64,000 bases of DNA from a candidate division WWE3 bacterium. Its GTDB lineage: Bacteria > Patescibacteriota > WWE3 > JAPLWK01. How positions within the stretch are numbered: position 1 is the first letter of the stretch; every line of letters starts with the position of its first letter. The notes under the pieces are model-generated. The model saw only the letters and a list, made by a program, of their open reading frames with translations, was not told the DNA's origin and did not search any database. Made by a program: the position numbers and the translations under genes. The stretch covers positions 133,916 to 197,915 of the forward strand of contig JAPLWK010000010.1 in NCBI GenBank assembly GCA_026396615.1, written 5' to 3'. Shown piece by piece: positions 9,205-18,456 of the stretch.

Positions 9205-10325
9205 ATATGAAAATTACAGATATTTCGGCCAGAAAAATACTCGCTTCTAAAGGCGACTGGACAATTGAGACGACTCTCGTCCTTGAGGATGGGTCATACG
9301 GGATTGCTTCGGTGCCGGCGGGAATTTCTACCGGTAAAGCGGAGGCGAAGACGTTAGAAGTGGGCGATTCGGTCATTCTCACCAATGATTCCTTGTCGAA
9401 GGAGTTAATAGACAAGGATTTTGCGACACTTAAAGATTTCGATTCAGCTTTAATTGCGCTTGACGGGACGCCGGATAAATCAAAACTCGGTGGTAACACA
9501 ACACTGTCATTGTCCCTAGCTTTTGCCAAGGCGTCGGCGATGTTTAAAGATGAGTCACCTCTTTATATTTATTTAAGTGATATTATTGGGTCAAAATATT
9601 TGAAAATTCCAGAATTGCTAGTCTTGATGTTTGAAGGTGGGATGCACGCTCGTAGTTTGTTGTCGATTCAAGAGTTTATGGTCCATTGTAAAACAGTTGA
9701 GGATGGTCTTAAGTCGTATCAAAGGGTCAACGACGCCATGAATACTCGTAATTTGCCAACGACCGTTGGGTTTGAAGGGGCTTTTTCACCGCCAAATTTT
9801 ACCAATGAAAATGCTTTAGATTTATTGTCGAGCTTATTCGGTCCCGGATCAATCAGTCTTGATGTGGCCGATTCTTACACCAATGGCGCGCCGCTTGATT
9901 TTGAAGATATTATTTCTAAATACGCGCCACTATCGATTGAGGATCCGTTTGATGAAGAGGCTTGGGATTCCTGGGAAGTTTTTAATAAAAATAATTCTTC
10001 AAAAACACTCGTTGTTGCTGATGACCTGGTCGTCACTAATAAAATTAGACTTCAGAAGGTAATCGAAAAGCATGCGGCCGGGGCAGTGGTCGTGAAAGCT
10101 AATCAAATCGGGACACTGAGCGAGACTCTAGAATTTGTTCAACTGGCTCGTCAAGCGAAACTTAAAATTATCGTCTCCCATCGCGGCGAAGAAACGACTG
10201 ATGATTGGCTGGCGGATTTAGCGGTCGCGGTCGGCGCTGATTATGTTAAGTTTGGTGGGTTTGCCAGAGGAGAACGAATATCTAAATATAACCGACTCCT
10301 CCAAATTATTGATGACTTACGGTAG
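9201..10325 (+). CDS. eno: Enolase (short, divergent)
   Basis: DGTPDKSKLGGN, QEFM, IEDPF, KANQIG, SHR, KYNRLL. Confidence 0.9.
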   Translation: MNMKITDISARKILASKGDWTIETTLVLEDGSYGIASVPAGISTGKAEAKTLEVGDSVILTNDSLSKELIDKDFATLKDFDSALIALDGTPDKSKLGGNTTLSLSLAFAKASAMFKDESPLYIYLSDIIGSKYLKIPELLVLMFEGGMHARSLLSIQEFMVHCKTVEDGLKSYQRVNDAMNTRNLPTTVGFEGAFSPPNFTNENALDLLSSLFGPGSISLDVADSYTNGAPLDFEDIISKYAPLSIEDPFDEEAWDSWEVFNKNNSSKTLVVADDLVVTNKIRLQKVIEKHAAGAVVVKANQIGTLSETLEFVQLARQAKLKIIVSHRGEETTDDWLADLAVAVGADYVKFGGFARGERISKYNRLLQIIDDLR

Positions 10326-10884
10326 CGTTTATTTATTCCGTCATTCTGAATCAGAGGATAATCGCCAGCATTTGTTTAGCGGTTGGCGGGATCCTGATTT
10401 ATCACAAAAAGGCGTCATTGATGCTGAAGAACTAGCAGAATTGCTTAAAGATAAGGTATTCATGAGTGTCTATACTTCCGATTTGAAGCGTAATTTAAGG
10501 ACTGTAACGGAAGTTTTAAAATATCATCCCAACGTAGCCATAACTCAAGACAAACGACTTCGGGAGCGCAGTTACGGCGACCTTCAGGGAACGCCTCATT
10601 TAGATTTAATGCGTCAAGATTTAGCTTTATATTTAACTTATCATCGCTCCTACAACACACCGCCGCCGAATGGGGAAAGTATTGCTATGGTGGAAGAGCG
10701 GGTGTTGCCGTTTTGTAACGAATTAGCTGACCACGTCAAAAAATCCAGTCAAAACGTCGCTGTTTGCGCCGGGAACAATTCAATGCGTGTGATTCGGCGT
10801 TTTTTTGAAGGTTTTACAATTGAGGAGATGTTAAAAATTGATAATCCTTACGATAATTATTTTACCTACGAAGTAAAGGATTAA
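10312..10884 (+). CDS. gpmA: Cofactor-dependent phosphoglycerate mutase / histidine phosphatase
   Basis: RHSES, FSGW, ERSYGDLQG, PPNGES; ATG at 10312 overlaps the eno end. Confidence 0.8.
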   Translation: MTYGSVYLFRHSESEDNRQHLFSGWRDPDLSQKGVIDAEELAELLKDKVFMSVYTSDLKRNLRTVTEVLKYHPNVAITQDKRLRERSYGDLQGTPHLDLMRQDLALYLTYHRSYNTPPPNGESIAMVEERVLPFCNELADHVKKSSQNVAVCAGNNSMRVIRRFFEGFTIEEMLKIDNPYDNYFTYEVKD

Positions 10885-10886
10885 TT

Positions 10887-11849
10887 ATGTATGAAGTAAT
10901 TACAATTGGCGGCGCCACTCAAGACATCTTTTTTATCGACGAAGACTTTCCGGTCAAAAATGACGCTTTAAGTATTGAGTGGGGCGAAAAATTCCTCGTT
11001 CGCAAATGCTTGATTACTTTTGGTGGGGGAGCAGCTAACTGCGCAGTAGGTCTTTCACGTTTAGGAATCAAGACCGCCTTTTGGGGGCAAATCGGTGACG
11101 ATTTACCGGGGGCGGAAATTGCTAAAAACTTTAAGCAGGAAAAAGTGAGCTTGCAATTTTTAGAGATTACGGGGAAGGTGCATTCATCTGTATCGTCAAT
11201 ACTGGTGGGGCAGGGTGGGGAACACGCGATAATTATGTACCGTGGGACTAACGATGACTTGGAAATTGAGGCCGAAGCGTTATCAATTGAACTCACAAAT
11301 ACTAAATTCTTTTATTTGGCTGATGCGGGCAGTACTAGTGAAGCTTTAACTACTGAGGTTCTCAAACTTGTTAAATTTCATAATGTGCGTTTGGCTTTTG
11401 TGCCCGGTCAAAACCAATTAAAACTGGGAATTAATAAATTGGCGCCAATTTTGCAAGAAACTGACCTCTTCGTTCTCAATGTTTACGAGGCCTACGAACT
11501 TCTCGATCTTAAATATCAAAAAACAGAACTTAATACCTGCGCTACCATTGAAGAAGACGTTAAAAAAGCCTTGAAAAAGTTTTACGATTTAGGAGCTAAG
11601 AAAGTTATTATCACTCGCGATGTTTGCGGTTCTCAGGCTTATGACGGTAAAACTTTTTATAGCGAACCAAGTCCTGCGATCCTAGAATACATCGACACTA
11701 CCGGTGCCGGCGATGCCTTTGCGACAGGCGCTTTGGCAGCTTTACTTCGCGGTCATGGCCTAGCTACCGCTCTGAAGTGGGGGAATTTGGAGTCGGCTTC
11801 TGTCATCGGCGTCTACGGCGCGCAGCCCGGTTTGCTGTCGAATATTTAA
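10887..11849 (+). CDS. PfkB/ribokinase family carbohydrate kinase
   Basis: GGGAANCAVGLSRLG and DTTGAGDAF signatures. Confidence 0.92.
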   Translation: MYEVITIGGATQDIFFIDEDFPVKNDALSIEWGEKFLVRKCLITFGGGAANCAVGLSRLGIKTAFWGQIGDDLPGAEIAKNFKQEKVSLQFLEITGKVHSSVSSILVGQGGEHAIIMYRGTNDDLEIEAEALSIELTNTKFFYLADAGSTSEALTTEVLKLVKFHNVRLAFVPGQNQLKLGINKLAPILQETDLFVLNVYEAYELLDLKYQKTELNTCATIEEDVKKALKKFYDLGAKKVIITRDVCGSQAYDGKTFYSEPSPAILEYIDTTGAGDAFATGALAALLRGHGLATALKWGNLESASVIGVYGAQPGLLSNI

Positions 11850-11853
11850 CCCC

Positions 11854-11882
11854 TTGACAACTTCGTATAATATTCGTATATT
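11854..11882 (+). promoter_or_regulatory. lexA promoter with putative LexA box TTCGT-N6-TTCGT
   Basis: TTGACA 11854-11859, TATATT 11877-11882, TTCGT at 11862 and 11873. Confidence 0.75.
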
Positions 11883-11888
11883 ATACCA

Positions 11889-12503
11889 ATGCCACCAACT
11901 ACTTACCGCCGCCAAAAAGAAGTTCTCGATTTTGTCTCTCAGTATATTCAGAAATACGGCAGCTCCCCAACTTTACAGGAAATTGCTTCCGCATTAGGCT
12001 TAAGTTCTCTAGCCACCGTTCATCAGCATTTAGAAGCTCTGGAGAAAAAAGGTCTAATTAAAAAATTTGATGGTAATATTAGAGGATTTGAAGTGATTAA
12101 CGAAGTGATTACGCCAGCTTTAGAGGGTGTGGAAGTTCCAATCATTGGCTATATCGCCGCCGGGAAGCCGATTGAGGCTATTGAAAGTCCCCTAGACACG
12201 ATTCGAATTTCGGCCAGCATGCTGTCCGGTAAAAAGCGGGCCTTTGTTCTTCAAGTTCGCGGCGAAAGTATGATTAACGATGGCATTCTCGATGGCGACT
12301 TCGTAGTTTGCGAACAACAACAAACGGCTAATAATGGCGACATAGTGGTGGCTCTTATTAACGGCGCTACGGCCACTTTAAAGCGCTATTACAAGGAAAA
12401 AGATCGAATTAGACTTCAACCGGCTAATGATACGATGAAACCGATTTATGTTAAGAATGTTAAGATTCAGGGTAAGGTGGTGGGTGTAATTAGGCGTTAC
12501 TAA
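11889..12503 (+). CDS. lexA: SOS repressor LexA
   Basis: wHTH (PTLQEIA...ATVHQHL), IAAG cleavage site, GESM serine, TLKR lysine. Confidence 0.96.
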   Translation: MPPTTYRRQKEVLDFVSQYIQKYGSSPTLQEIASALGLSSLATVHQHLEALEKKGLIKKFDGNIRGFEVINEVITPALEGVEVPIIGYIAAGKPIEAIESPLDTIRISASMLSGKKRAFVLQVRGESMINDGILDGDFVVCEQQQTANNGDIVVALINGATATLKRYYKEKDRIRLQPANDTMKPIYVKNVKIQGKVVGVIRRY

Positions 12504-12509
12504 CCAATC

Positions 12510-12609
12510 TGTCATTCCGGGCTTGACCCGGAATCCAGAAAATCTAACATAAATTTTTAATTAACAATTTAATCTGTTACTGGATTCCGGCTCCGGGGCC
12601 GGAATGACG
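12510..12609. repeat. Paired palindromic repeat element (GTCATTCCGG...GGAATCCAG family)
   Basis: tgtcattccgggcttgacccggaatccag and inverted ctggattccggctccggggccggaatgacg; related copies at 15474, 30288, 54960. Confidence 0.8.
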
Positions 12610-12619
12610 TGTTTTATTT

Positions 12620-14701
12620 ATGGAATTCAAGCTTACCTCATCTTACAAGCCTGCCGGAGATCAGCCTCAGGCTATTAAGTCGCTATTAAGTAACTACAAA
12701 GCCGGACTTTCGGATCAGGTCTTACTTGGTGTTACCGGTAGTGGCAAGACTTTCACGGTGGCTAACGTTATCCAAGAAATTAAAAAGCCCACTTTAATTA
12801 TTTCGCACAACAAAACTTTAGCGGCCCAGCTGTATCAAGAATTTAAGGAGTTTTTTCCTAAAAATGCCGTGGAGTACTTTGTTAGTTACTACGATTACTA
12901 TCAACCGGAATCTTACCTCCCGGCTACTGACACTTACATCGAAAAAGATGCCGATATTAATGATGAAATTGATCGACTTCGTTTGCGAGCCACGGCGGCC
13001 TTAATGACGCGTTCGGACGTGATCATAGTGGCTTCCGTGTCAGCGATATATTCACTAGGTGATCCCGAAGAATATAGCCAGGCAATTTTAGAATTGAAAG
13101 TCGGATCAGCCACAACTTTACGTGCCCATGTTCTAAGTCGATTAATAGAAATGCATTATAATCGCAACGATTTTGAATCTAAAAGAGCGACTTTTCGCGT
13201 TAAAGGTGAAAACATTGAAGTTTGGCCGGCTTACGAAGATTACATTTTACGTTTGGAATATTTAGGGGAATCTTTATCTCGCATTTCCAAGCTTAATCCC
13301 ATTACTTTTGGGCAAATAGAACCTTTAAGTGAATTTGTACTTTATCCGGCCCGTCACTATGTAGCCGATCCGGAGACTTTTGATGAGGCTCTGGCGGCAA
13401 TTCAAGTGGATTTGGAGAAGCAACTTAAGTCGCTGGAAGGTCAAGGCAAGAAGCTTGAGGCTTATCGTTTAAAGCAACGCACTAAGTATGACTTGGAAAT
13501 GCTTAAAGAAGTCGGGTTTGTAAATGGTATTGAAAATTATTCGCGTTATTTTGACGGTCGGGCGCCCGGTTCGCCACCTTATACTTTACTTGATTTTTTT
13601 GCCCATCGTTTTGGTAAGGCTAGCTCTAAGGATTGGCTCCTAGTCGTCGACGAGTCCCACATTTCGATTCCCCAAATTCGGGGGATGTATAAAGGGGACC
13701 GCAGTCGCAAACAAACTTTGATCGACTTTGGTTTTCGGCTGCCATCGGCTTTGGATAATCGTCCTTTAGACTTTCCAGAGTTTGAAACTCGCATGCCACA
13801 AACTATTTATATGAGCGCAACGCCTAGTCCTTGGGAATTAACCAGGGCGACAGTGGCAGCCAGTGATTTGTCATCGCTGAGCGGTCAGAAAGCAACTTTG
13901 ACTCCAATTGTAGAGCAATTAATTCGTCCAACTGGCTTAATTGACCCCCAAATTACAGTTTTACCATCGAAAGACCAGATTAATGATTTACGATGTCGCA
14001 TTGAGGAAAGAATAAAAAATGGCCAGCGGGTCCTGGTTACAACTTTAACTAAAAGAATGGCCGAAGAATTATCTGATTATTTAAAGAATTTAAATATTAA
14101 AGTCACTTACCTGCATTCTGATATTCAAACTCTAGAGCGCAGCACCATTTTAGATGATTTACGACGTGGTAATTATGATGTCCTAGTTGGTATCAATTTG
14201 CTACGGGAAGGCTTAGATCTTCCAGAAGTGTCACTGGTCGCCATTCTTGACGCCGATAAGGAAGGTTTTTTGCGGAGTGAATCGGCTTTAATTCAAGTGA
14301 TGGGTCGGGCGGCTCGGCATTTACAAGGCGAAGTGGTCATGTACGCCGATAAAATTACTGATTCCATGCGACGAGCTATAGATGAGGTTGATAGACGACG
14401 GTCGATACAACTGTCCTATAATCAAGAACATAATATTACACCGGTGGGCATTACCAAGTCGATTCGCGATAAAATGGTGGAGTTTACGGCGGCCGAAATT
14501 GCCGAAAAATCTCACCCCACTGTATACAGTAAAAAAGGCGGCAAAGCTTCTTTAATCGACCTGGCTGATGTTCCGCCGTCTGAACGGAAGAAGTTTATTA
14601 AAGAGCTGGAACTAAAAATGCAAACGGCTGCCGAAGAGCTCAACTTTGAACTTGCCGCCCAAATTAGGGACGAGCTACTTGACATAAAGAAGAACCTCTA
14701 G
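12620..14701 (+). CDS. uvrB: Excinuclease ABC subunit B
   Basis: GVTGSGKT, FVSYYDYYQPE, DESH, GINLLREGLDLPEV, C-terminal UVR. Confidence 0.98.
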   Translation: MEFKLTSSYKPAGDQPQAIKSLLSNYKAGLSDQVLLGVTGSGKTFTVANVIQEIKKPTLIISHNKTLAAQLYQEFKEFFPKNAVEYFVSYYDYYQPESYLPATDTYIEKDADINDEIDRLRLRATAALMTRSDVIIVASVSAIYSLGDPEEYSQAILELKVGSATTLRAHVLSRLIEMHYNRNDFESKRATFRVKGENIEVWPAYEDYILRLEYLGESLSRISKLNPITFGQIEPLSEFVLYPARHYVADPETFDEALAAIQVDLEKQLKSLEGQGKKLEAYRLKQRTKYDLEMLKEVGFVNGIENYSRYFDGRAPGSPPYTLLDFFAHRFGKASSKDWLLVVDESHISIPQIRGMYKGDRSRKQTLIDFGFRLPSALDNRPLDFPEFETRMPQTIYMSATPSPWELTRATVAASDLSSLSGQKATLTPIVEQLIRPTGLIDPQITVLPSKDQINDLRCRIEERIKNGQRVLVTTLTKRMAEELSDYLKNLNIKVTYLHSDIQTLERSTILDDLRRGNYDVLVGINLLREGLDLPEVSLVAILDADKEGFLRSESALIQVMGRAARHLQGEVVMYADKITDSMRRAIDEVDRRRSIQLSYNQEHNITPVGITKSIRDKMVEFTAAEIAEKSHPTVYSKKGGKASLIDLADVPPSERKKFIKELELKMQTAAEELNFELAAQIRDELLDIKKNL

Positions 14702-14708
14702 TTATAAT
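14679..14708 (+). promoter_or_regulatory. Consensus sigma70 promoter overlapping the uvrB end
   Basis: TTGACA 14679-14684, 18 nt, TATAAT 14703-14708. Confidence 0.65.
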
Positions 14709-14782
14709 GCCCACAATATTCTAATCACAGGCAAGCGTTAATTAGACTTGCCGTTGTTATTATTACTACATCGGAGGCTCTC

Positions 14783-15040
14783 GTGGGTGGTCAAGCTCGT
14801 CATCCAGTGATCGCACAGAGAAGTTCTGGTTTCGTTCATAGTTCAGCGCAGGCATTTACAACCGCCTGGAACTACGTTCAAGATAAGCATCCTTGGGTTC
14901 CAACGGGGATGCTGCATCAAGGTGTTCCGTCGAAAGACCTGAATGCAAAAGCACTTAAAGCTTGGAACAGCCTTCCTAAAGACCAACAATGTGGTCAAGG
15001 GTTGGCGAAAAAGCTTAAGGGCAACTATCATATCAGTTAG
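14783..15040 (+). CDS. Hypothetical protein (ORFan)
   Basis: GGAGG RBS before GTG; 85 aa; downstream of consensus promoter. Confidence 0.6.
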   Translation: MGGQARHPVIAQRSSGFVHSSAQAFTTAWNYVQDKHPWVPTGMLHQGVPSKDLNAKALKAWNSLPKDQQCGQGLAKKLKGNYHIS

Positions 15041-15125
15041 TTGGTTAAACAGCCTGTTGGCAAGGGAAGGCTGTAATCTCAAATGTTCGCGAAAGATTCG
15101 ACAAAGTTTTCAGGAGAGATACATC

Positions 15126-15356
15126 ATGGGTTCCGCAAATAATTCAGGCAAAGTAGTAGCAAGTGTCAGATCGAGTTCTGTGGCGACCAAAGTAAATCCA
15201 ATGGCTTCGCCAAACTCTCAGAATGAATGTCCGCCCGAGGGCAGCATTTGTCCGAGTTGTGGAAAGGGTACTGTGCATTACGGTCGTTTTTCTCGTCGGC
15301 GTGTTTGCACACACTCCCAATGCGTCGTGAACTCGTACAGTATCTATCATTGCTAG
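15126..15356 (+). CDS. Small Zn-ribbon-like hypothetical protein
   Basis: AGGAG RBS before ATG 15126; CPSCGKG...CTHSQC. Confidence 0.6.
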   Translation: MGSANNSGKVVASVRSSSVATKVNPMASPNSQNECPPEGSICPSCGKGTVHYGRFSRRRVCTHSQCVVNSYSIYHC

Positions 15357-15374
15357 TTAGCTTTGCGTAGGTTT

Positions 15375-15429
15375 GGCGGTGGAATTTTTCTCTACAGAGA
15401 GTTAAGTTTCACCGCCCTTTCATTTTTTT
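15375..15429 (+). terminator. Intrinsic terminator
   Basis: ggcggtggaa...ttcaccgcc stem followed by a T-rich tract. Confidence 0.65.
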
Positions 15430-15473
15430 AATTTGAAATTTACAATTTAAAATTGAAAATTATACCTTTGTTA

Positions 15474-15503
15474 CTTGATTCCAGGTCTTGTCCCGGAATG
15501 ACG
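15474..15503. repeat. Degenerate copy of the GTCATTCCGG palindromic repeat
   Basis: cttgattccaggtcttgtcccggaatgacg. Confidence 0.6.
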
Positions 15504-15564
15504 TATCTGAGTGTGACCCTTTATAAATGCTTCAAAATATAGTAGAATACCAGATCGTCATCTT

Positions 15565-18450
15565 ATGGAAGAACTCATTATTCGCGGCGCCAGAGAGCAT
15601 AATTTAAAAAACGTCGATTTAACTATTCCCAAAAATAAATTAATAGTCTTTACCGGCGTTTCCGGCAGTGGTAAGTCCTCTTTGGCCATGGATACTATCT
15701 ATGCTGAGGGGCAGCGCCGTTACGTAGAATCTTTGTCTTCCTACGCCCGCCAATTCTTAGGCGTCATGGATAAGCCCGATGTCGACCTTATCGAAGGACT
15801 TAGCCCCGCAATTGCGATTGATCAAAAGTCGGCTTCTCATAACCCTCGTTCCACCGTTGGCACTATCACCGAAGTCTACGATTATCTTCGTCTTTTATAC
15901 GCTCGCGTAGGCCATCCCCATTGCCCCAATTGCGGTCGAGAAATTTCTCGGCAAACCATCGATCAAATTAGCGATGGTATCCTCGCTTTAGGGCCGGGGC
16001 GCTACATGATCATCTCCCCAATCGTAAAAGACCGCAAAGGCGAATATACGCATCTTTTTGAGAATCTGCGAAAGCAGGGGTTTGGCCGGGCCAGGGTTGA
16101 TGGGCAAGTGATAAGTTTGGATAGCGATTTTGATCTTATCAAAACAAACAAACACACTATTGAAGCCGTAATTGATCGTTTAGTGCTGGAAAAGAAAGTC
16201 TCTAAAGATACTATTACTCGAATTCGCCAGTCGGTAGAAACGGCTTTAAAGTTGGCTGATGGCGTGGCCATTGTTTCTCAAGTAACCGATAAAGCCTTTG
16301 AATTTCCGGAATCCCCGAAAAAGATGGAGGATCATCTATTTTCGGAGCGTTTTGCTTGTCCATTTTGCAATATTTCGCTGCCGGAACTGGAGCCCCGCAG
16401 TTTCTCTTTTAACTCACCGCATGGTGCCTGTCCTAAATGTCAGGGCCTAGGAACAGAACTTAAAATTAATCCGGCCATTATTTACAACCCCGATTTAAGC
16501 GTTCGTGAAGGCGGCATTTTTCCGTGGGCTAATGTAATGGAACATGAAACTTGGAGCGGCAGACTCCTCGAAACAGTGGCCAAAACTAATAATATTGACT
16601 TAAGTGTTCCGATTAGCCAGCTTTCGGATAGCCAACTACACTTAATCCTCTACGGCACCGGAAAAACAGCTTATGCCGTGAACGGTAAAAATCGATTTGG
16701 TAAAGAACGCACTTACGACACTACTTTTGAAGGCATTATTCCCAATTTAGAGCGCCGTTATAAAGAAACCGATTCCGATTATATTCGTCGGGAAATCGAG
16801 CGCTACATGGTTAAAGAGCTTTGTCCTTTATGTAAAGGGGTGCGGCTTAAAAAAGAAGTGCTGGGAGTGACTATTTTAGATTTAAATATTGCCGAGGCTA
16901 GCAATTTAACCATTAAAAAGTTTTTAGATTGGTCGGCTGATTTTAAAACTTTAAATAGTCGCGAACAAGAGATCGGGAAGGCGATTATTAAAGAAATAGA
17001 TGCCCGCTTAAATTTTCTTCTCGATGTTGGACTTGATTATTTAACCATTGACCGGGCCGCCAATACCCTCGCCGGAGGGGAAGCCCAGCGAATTAGGTTG
17101 GCTTCGCAAATTGGCTCCGGACTTTCCGGGGTTCTTTACGTCCTTGATGAGCCGTCAATTGGCCTTCATCAGCGTGATCAGGATCGACTTATTCAAACTC
17201 TCAAGCGCCTGCGGGACCTTGGAAACACGGTCATTGTCGTCGAACATGACGAGCAGACGATGCTTGAGTCCGATTACATTGTTGATTTTGGGCCAGGGGC
17301 TGGGGAGCACGGTGGCGAAATTTTGGCTCAAGGTACCCCAGACGAAATTAAGGCCAACAAAAAATCGATTACCGGGGCTTATCTTTCCGGCCGTCGTCAA
17401 ATTACCGTTCCCAATTTCAATCAAGAAGAAATTGACGTAAAAGTTAAGCCGTCATCTCGCGAGTTAGTCCTCATGAATGCCAGTCATAACAACCTAAAAA
17501 ACGTGACTATTAAAATTCCCTTGGCCAAATTGGTCTGCGTCACTGGTGTCTCAGGATCGGGAAAATCATCCTTGATTAATGAAACGCTATTGCGCCAACT
17601 GCGCCAAGAATTTAATCTTAAAAATGAGGAAAAACCTGGCGCTAACGATGGCATTACAGGCCTGGAGTACATTGATAAGGTGGTTGACATTGACCAGTCC
17701 CCAATCGGTCGAACGCCCCGCAGCAACCCTGCCACTTATACTAAAGCTTTTGATGAAATTAGAGAATTATTCGCGTCAACCCGAGAATCTCAATTACGCG
17801 GTTACAAATCAGGCCGTTTTAGTTTTAATGTTAAAGGTGGTCGTTGCGAAGCCTGCAAGGGTGACGGCCAAATTAAAATTGAAATGCAATTTATGCCGGA
17901 TATTTATATTGATTGTGAAGTATGTGATGGTAGGCGTTACAATCACGAAGCCTTGGAAATTGAGTATAAAGGCAAAAATATCTCCCAAGTTTTAGATATG
18001 ACGATTGATGAAGCGGCGATATTTTTTACCAACCATCCCGGTATAAAAAATAAACTGGATACTTTGCAGGACGTGGGTTTGGGCTACGTGCATTTAGGTC
18101 AGCCCGCACCAACTTTATCTGGCGGAGAGGCCCAAAGGATTAAACTGGCATCTGAGCTTTCGCGTCGCCAAACCGGCAAAACCCTGTATATTTTGGATGA
18201 GCCCACCACCGGCCTCCATTTTGCTGATTTAGAGCGTTTAATCGCCATTTTTAAGCGACTGGTTTCTTACGGCAATTCTGTCATTGTTATTGAACATAAT
18301 TTAGACGTAATTCGTTTTGCCGATCACATTATCGATTTGGGTCCGGAGGGTGGAGTGGGTGGTGGTCGGGTCATTGTCACTGGTACAGTTGCCGAAGTGG
18401 TGGCTTGCCAGGAAAGTTGGACTGGAAAATATCTAAAAGCGAAGTTATAA
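15565..18450 (+). CDS. uvrA: Excinuclease ABC subunit A
   Basis: Two GVSGSGKSS Walker A motifs, Zn fingers, LSGGEAQRIKL. Confidence 0.98.
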   Translation: MEELIIRGAREHNLKNVDLTIPKNKLIVFTGVSGSGKSSLAMDTIYAEGQRRYVESLSSYARQFLGVMDKPDVDLIEGLSPAIAIDQKSASHNPRSTVGTITEVYDYLRLLYARVGHPHCPNCGREISRQTIDQISDGILALGPGRYMIISPIVKDRKGEYTHLFENLRKQGFGRARVDGQVISLDSDFDLIKTNKHTIEAVIDRLVLEKKVSKDTITRIRQSVETALKLADGVAIVSQVTDKAFEFPESPKKMEDHLFSERFACPFCNISLPELEPRSFSFNSPHGACPKCQGLGTELKINPAIIYNPDLSVREGGIFPWANVMEHETWSGRLLETVAKTNNIDLSVPISQLSDSQLHLILYGTGKTAYAVNGKNRFGKERTYDTTFEGIIPNLERRYKETDSDYIRREIERYMVKELCPLCKGVRLKKEVLGVTILDLNIAEASNLTIKKFLDWSADFKTLNSREQEIGKAIIKEIDARLNFLLDVGLDYLTIDRAANTLAGGEAQRIRLASQIGSGLSGVLYVLDEPSIGLHQRDQDRLIQTLKRLRDLGNTVIVVEHDEQTMLESDYIVDFGPGAGEHGGEILAQGTPDEIKANKKSITGAYLSGRRQITVPNFNQEEIDVKVKPSSRELVLMNASHNNLKNVTIKIPLAKLVCVTGVSGSGKSSLINETLLRQLRQEFNLKNEEKPGANDGITGLEYIDKVVDIDQSPIGRTPRSNPATYTKAFDEIRELFASTRESQLRGYKSGRFSFNVKGGRCEACKGDGQIKIEMQFMPDIYIDCEVCDGRRYNHEALEIEYKGKNISQVLDMTIDEAAIFFTNHPGIKNKLDTLQDVGLGYVHLGQPAPTLSGGEAQRIKLASELSRRQTGKTLYILDEPTTGLHFADLERLIAIFKRLVSYGNSVIVIEHNLDVIRFADHIIDLGPEGGVGGGRVIVTGTVAEVVACQESWTGKYLKAKL

Positions 18451-18456
18451 AGTTGT

